A stretch of 47,772 nt of DNA. Source: Sedimentisphaerales bacterium (GTDB lineage Bacteria > Planctomycetota > Phycisphaerae > Sedimentisphaerales > Anaerobacaceae). The stretch is from NCBI GenBank assembly GCA_049644065.1, contig JBARRE010000118.1, positions 1 to 47,772 of the forward strand, read 5' to 3'. The notes below the pieces were generated by a model. The model worked only from the letters and a program-made list of their open reading frames with translations. It was not told the origin of the DNA and did no database searches. Position numbers and translations under genes: made by a program. This document shows positions 44,122-47,772 of the stretch, in pieces. The first letter of the stretch is position 1, and each line of letters opens with the position of its first letter.

Positions 44122-45573
44122 TTAAGCAAGCTCGCTGAAATTCTGCCACTCGATACTCCCGACTTTCTTCAGTGCATAGCCGACCTCTCGGAGGTAATCG
44201 CCATAGCACACTTGTGCATGGAATCCCTGCATCTCGGTAAGCAGCTTGCGGAAATCTCCGTCGATAGCTATATCAATCTGGGACCGGCAGGCGGGGTTAG
44301 AAGGCGAGTCAAGCACCTTGCCCCGGAATCCCTGCCACTTCGTGCACCCGAGATTCGGAATTATGACTGTGACAATCTGCCCTTTTTTGTAATCTACCTT
44401 CGTCGCGGCACCGTAATCCGACTCGAAATGGGTCATGATTTTAGCCGGCTCGTAATCCTTGCCGTTCATTTTCCTGGGGGCGGCACAATGGGCAACCGTG
44501 AAAATGCCGTCATGCGGAAAATGCGTATTGCACACGAAAGTCGGCTTGCCGGCGATCCATCGAAGCAGCACGCCTGGCAGAGTGTGCGTCAAATCGGTGT
44601 GACAGTAGGCGGTATATCCTTCGTCGTTTGCCATGCTCAATACCAGACATGGCGGCGTGTCGAGCATCTCGATAACCGACCTGCCCATGCAGTTGGCAAA
44701 GCCGAAGTTCGTCGCTCCCGATTCGCGCATCAGTTCTTTACAAACGGTCAGGGCCACAAACGAGTTGACTACGAACTTCCTCTCGGTTTGGAGGGTGACA
44801 TTGGGCAAGGCGAGCAGTTCGTCGGTCTGCCTCTGTGCGTTTTTGATAACATTTTCATCCGCACGGGCCTTTGCCAAACGTTGGGCGAATTGGGCCTCGG
44901 AAACGATTTTGAAGTCATAATCCCAGACCTCTTTCGCGTGAGCAGGGCCGAGTTTTTGGCCTGGTTCGCTGTAGGCGGTCAGACCTCCGATGGCGAGCAT
45001 TTTCGTGCCTTTGGCATTTTTCAGCCCGTAGAGCGCCCGCAACCGCCATAGAATCCCGTCATAGTTGTCGACTACGATATCATCAACATCCATATTCGGC
45101 TCTTCGAATGTGTCGCCGTTTTTCCGTAGGAGTCGCCAATGGGCGATTTCATACCAGAGATAGTGATGACCGGACTTGTGCCGCAGGAACATAATGTTAG
45201 GCGTCTTTGAGGCGGCAAGTTTATAAACCTGCCAGCCGCCGGCCGCATAGATCAAAAGCGCATCGCATTTGGTGTTCGCCGCCTCGTCGGCTTTCTGATC
45301 ACTGTCCACCAGGGCGAGAGGCAAGATTTCGATGGGAAATTCTGCTTTGGATGCAAGCTCTTTCAATTCGGTCCTGATTCTCACGGCCTCCTCATTTACC
45401 TGCCCCTGGGTTTGGAGTCCGCCGTAACTGCGCCAACTGGTTTTCTCCTGCCGTTTTTCTATCTGGTAAGTCAGAACCGGCTTGATTCGCAGCGCCGTAC
45501 CAAGGGGCAGTGCTGATCCGGACGAAACCGATTTCGTGGAAGCGGCACGGGCCGGTGATATTGTTGCCGGCAT
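44122..45573 (-). CDS. L-fucose/L-arabinose-isomerase-like protein; an in-frame Tat signal lies upstream of the first canonical start (possible extension to ~45717 or a frameshifted 5' end)
   Basis: The central and C-terminal pattern (GFANCMG...CLVLSMANDEGYTAYCHTDLTH...VAHCAAP...HAQVCYGDY) resembles COG2407-type sugar isomerases; this is a low-confidence family call. The upstream in-frame codons encode ...TTGISRRGFLGGLASTTALGSL before the first ATG. Confidence 0.45.
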   Translation of the reverse strand: MPATISPARAASTKSVSSGSALPLGTALRIKPVLTYQIEKRQEKTSWRSYGGLQTQGQVNEEAVRIRTELKELASKAEFPIEILPLALVDSDQKADEAANTKCDALLIYAAGGWQVYKLAASKTPNIMFLRHKSGHHYLWYEIAHWRLLRKNGDTFEEPNMDVDDIVVDNYDGILWRLRALYGLKNAKGTKMLAIGGLTAYSEPGQKLGPAHAKEVWDYDFKIVSEAQFAQRLAKARADENVIKNAQRQTDELLALPNVTLQTERKFVVNSFVALTVCKELMRESGATNFGFANCMGRSVIEMLDTPPCLVLSMANDEGYTAYCHTDLTHTLPGVLLRWIAGKPTFVCNTHFPHDGIFTVAHCAAPRKMNGKDYEPAKIMTHFESDYGAATKVDYKKGQIVTVIIPNLGCTKWQGFRGKVLDSPSNPACRSQIDIAIDGDFRKLLTEMQGFHAQVCYGDYLREVGYALKKVGSIEWQNFSELA

Positions 45574-45851
45574 CAGACTGCCCAGTGCAGTTGTGCTGGC
45601 AAGGCCGCCAAGAAATCCCCGCCGGCTTATGCCCGTTGTCGAAGCTTTAGGATGCCCGATGCAAGAGCACGCATGCGTGTGGAACTTGGAATTGATTTGA
45701 TGTTCATCGTGTTGTATGGCAAAAGCCCTCCTAATTTTATAGGCTGAGATATTTTTTATGAATAACGTACAGCCATTCTATAATATCTTTCTATTTTTTC
45801 CAGTACCAAATCATCCTGGCCGGGACAATTTCGGCTCAATGTCGAGCCTTC

Positions 45852-45880
45852 TTGCCTGATTCTTCGTATTATGCTATGAT
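45852..45880 (+). promoter_or_regulatory. Possible sigma-70-type promoter for the histidine kinase gene
   Basis: TTGCCT, a 17-nt spacer and TATGAT lie about 50 nt upstream of the start at 45931. Promoter consensus in this lineage is unknown. Confidence 0.3.
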
Positions 45881-45930
45881 GCGCCGGCGATTAGAAGATT
45901 AAACGCAAAAATTCGTGAAAGATTTTTCTT

Positions 45931-47364
45931 ATGACTGCAGATAAGAATATTCGCCCGGCCTGTTATGAGCTGTTGCCTGTGAGGGAATTGTCAATCAAAT
46001 CCGAGGCCAAAGGCTCCGAAAGGCCTTTTTCGGAATCTCTGCTGGTGCATAACGCGTCGTGGTTCTGCCAGTTCCGATGGCTGGTGATCGCAACTCTTGC
46101 CTGCTATGGCATCGTAGGTTTGTTTCCTCGGTTTATCGGTTCTTATGGGATGCGTCCTCCCGGCGTATGGCCTTTCACCACGGCGGCGGTTCTGGTACTC
46201 AGCAATCTTGCTTTTCTGTATTCGGCTCGGACGAGGACTTCACCCACCCAGATTATGACTAATTTGTGGGGCCAGATTACCGTTGATTTGGTGATCCTCA
46301 CCGGGGTTGTTTACTTTGTCGGCAGTCTGGAGACGAATATCGCGTTTACGTATCTCTTTCACATCGTTCTGTCGTGCGTATTTTTCTCCGGCAGGCAGTC
46401 TCTGATTGTCACCGTGATGGCAATCGGCATGTTCGCAACGTGTATCATGGCCGAATATGTTCTGAAAATTCTGCCGTCCATGAGTATTTTTGCAGGTTCG
46501 TTTCGTGAAGCATATACCTCGCCGATACTGACAATGCTGGCGTTCAACTTTTTCCTAACGATTGGAATCTGGCTGGTGGTGTGGTATCTTGCTTCTCATC
46601 TGTCGTCGATGGTACGCCGGAGAGATTTCGAGCTGGCCGAGACCAACCGCAGGCTTGTGGCGGCTTATGAGGAACGGTCGAGGCACATGCTCACCACGAC
46701 TCACCAGCTAAAGGCACCCTTTGCGGCGATCTATTCCAACGCTCAACTGCTGCTCCAGGGCTATTGCGGCGAGATCCCCGACGAGGCGCTGAAGGTGGTA
46801 GAGCGGATATTGCTAAGATGCCGGCGATTGACGGCGGAAATCCAGGAGATGCTCCAGTTGGCAAATCTCAGCTCGACGAGCCTGGAGTCTATTCCCAGAA
46901 CCAGGATGGTTTCAACCGAGCTGCTGGAGTGGTGCATCTCTCAGGTTGAAAGTGTCGCTCAGGAGCGGGGGATTATTTTCAAAACTGATATCCGGCCGGT
47001 TAGCCTTCTCGGCGCTGAAGATCATTTCAAAATGCTGTTTGTCAATCTGCTGTCCAATGCGGTAATATACTCGCAAAGAAACGGGCAGGTGAATGTTTCC
47101 TGTATGCCGGGACCGAATTTGGAGCCTGTTGTCGTTATTGAGGATAACGGAATAGGCATTCCTGCGGATAAGTTGCCTCGTATCTTCGAGGAGCACTACC
47201 GCGCCAAAGAGGCCGTACAACATAATAAAGAGTCTTCCGGGCTGGGTTTGGCTATAGTTAAGCATGTGGCTGAAATGTACGGAATTCGTATCCGGGTGGA
47301 GAGTCGCCCCGGATTCGGGACGAAGTTTGAGCTGAGATTCCCCGCCTTAGATGAAAGTTCGTAA
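45931..47364 (+). CDS. Sensor histidine kinase (multi-TM N-terminal domain, HisKA, HATPase_c)
   Basis: It has about 6 TM helices, including a QITVDLVILTGVVYFVG...FHIV block. The H-box is TTHQLKAPF, the N-box LLSNAVIY and the G-boxes DNGIGI and GLGLAIV. Confidence 0.85.
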   Translation: MTADKNIRPACYELLPVRELSIKSEAKGSERPFSESLLVHNASWFCQFRWLVIATLACYGIVGLFPRFIGSYGMRPPGVWPFTTAAVLVLSNLAFLYSARTRTSPTQIMTNLWGQITVDLVILTGVVYFVGSLETNIAFTYLFHIVLSCVFFSGRQSLIVTVMAIGMFATCIMAEYVLKILPSMSIFAGSFREAYTSPILTMLAFNFFLTIGIWLVVWYLASHLSSMVRRRDFELAETNRRLVAAYEERSRHMLTTTHQLKAPFAAIYSNAQLLLQGYCGEIPDEALKVVERILLRCRRLTAEIQEMLQLANLSSTSLESIPRTRMVSTELLEWCISQVESVAQERGIIFKTDIRPVSLLGAEDHFKMLFVNLLSNAVIYSQRNGQVNVSCMPGPNLEPVVVIEDNGIGIPADKLPRIFEEHYRAKEAVQHNKESSGLGLAIVKHVAEMYGIRIRVESRPGFGTKFELRFPALDESS

Positions 47365-47388
47365 AAATGATAAAGAAGGAGTAATAAA

Positions 47389-47772
47389 ATGGCTTATATC
47401 TTGATTGTGGATGACGATGAGGACTTCGCCCAGACTACAGCGACTGTCCTGCGTAATGAAGGGCACGAGGTTCAGATTGAGCTGGATACCGACGACGCAG
47501 TGCAGAGTATGCAAAAGAAAACTCCGGATTTAGCGGTTCTGGATGTCATGTTTCCTGAAGATGCTTCGGCTGGCTTTGAATTGGCGCGCTTTATGCGTCA
47601 CGAAAGCGAGCAGCTCAAGATGATTCCAATACTGATGCTCACGGCGATCAATACCAGGTTCCCACTGGGATTTGGGCCCAAGGATATCGACGATGACTGG
47701 CTGCCCGTGACTGAATTTCTCGAAAAGCCCGTAGATTTTGACGTCCTGGTGAACAAGGTATCGAAGCTTCTC
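47389..47772 (+). CDS. Response regulator receiver domain protein (3'-truncated by the window edge; not in the ORF track)
   Basis: An AAGGAG RBS at 47376-47381 lies 7 nt before the ATG at 47389. The translation is MAYILIVDDDEDFAQT...LAVLDVMFPED...MLTA...KP, with canonical CheY-like D-D, D and K positions. The frame is open to the window end. Confidence 0.85.
   Translation, partial: MAYILIVDDDEDFAQTTATVLRNEGHEVQIELDTDDAVQSMQKKTPDLAVLDVMFPEDASAGFELARFMRHESEQLKMIPILMLTAINTRFPLGFGPKDIDDDWLPVTEFLEKPVDFDVLVNKVSKLL

Noticed and set aside
44092-45051. A 319-aa + strand ORF
   Set aside because: It lies entirely antisense to the 483-aa minus-strand ORF, which has a coherent globular sequence and an upstream Tat motif. 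The + strand translation is Arg/Gly/Leu-rich shadow sequence with no motif or RBS.
1-47772. Search for CRISPR arrays, tRNA/rRNA genes, integrases and toxin-antitoxin or other defence-type modules
   Set aside because: I saw no regularly spaced direct repeats, no cloverleaf-like or rRNA-like conserved segments in the intergenic regions, and no recombinase or nuclease signatures in any ORF.

Overview
This 47.8-kb window is almost fully coding. I found no rRNA, tRNA, CRISPR array or clear mobile element. It reads as three blocks.

(1) Positions ~600-23041 are a respiratory / electron-export block.
- A decaheme c-type cytochrome on the + strand sits behind a textbook sigma-54 promoter.
- Converging on it is a run of 16 minus-strand genes. 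It starts with a complete nqrABCDEF operon (Na+-translocating NADH:quinone oxidoreductase).
- The run continues without a convincing terminator into a membrane-anchored NapC/NirT-type multiheme cytochrome, an exported unknown protein, a cytochrome with 13+2 heme motifs, a Trx-like/TPR protein and a small tetraheme cytochrome.
- It ends with two NHL six-bladed beta-propeller proteins, a pentaheme putative lipoprotein cytochrome, a 692-aa putative outer-membrane beta-barrel and a cytochrome with 11+1 heme motifs.
- By my count, six cytochrome genes carry 58 heme-binding motifs: 53 CxxCH and 5 CX3CH/CX4CH.

(2) Positions 23400-34875 are a heme-supply island for the siroheme-dependent (Ahb) route. 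It holds two AhbA/B-type genes, a cobA-hemD fusion, hemA, a hemX/CcsA-like membrane protein and two NirJ-like radical-SAM genes. A regulatory cassette interrupts it: a PAS histidine kinase, a sigma-54-dependent NtrC-type regulator and an Rrf2 regulator.

(3) Positions 35446-47772 are an exported-protein block. It holds a TPR protein, a Tat-signal DegT-family aminotransferase, an isochorismatase-like hydrolase and a 1472-aa secreted protein combining PQQ-like propellers, a methyltransferase fold and a malectin-like domain. It also holds a Tat-signal sugar-isomerase-like gene whose Tat motif lies upstream of any canonical start codon, and a second histidine kinase / response regulator pair (the regulator is cut by the window edge).

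The most interesting candidate system is the contiguous Nqr -> NapC-type quinol dehydrogenase -> periplasmic multiheme -> barrel/propeller/lipoprotein-cytochrome cluster. It includes a small OmcS/OmcE-like tetraheme. I interpret it as a non-canonical extracellular-electron-transfer (porin-cytochrome or cytochrome-filament) machine. The lineage cannot be determined from the sequence alone; the gene content is reminiscent of PVC-group or other anaerobic sediment bacteria (low confidence).
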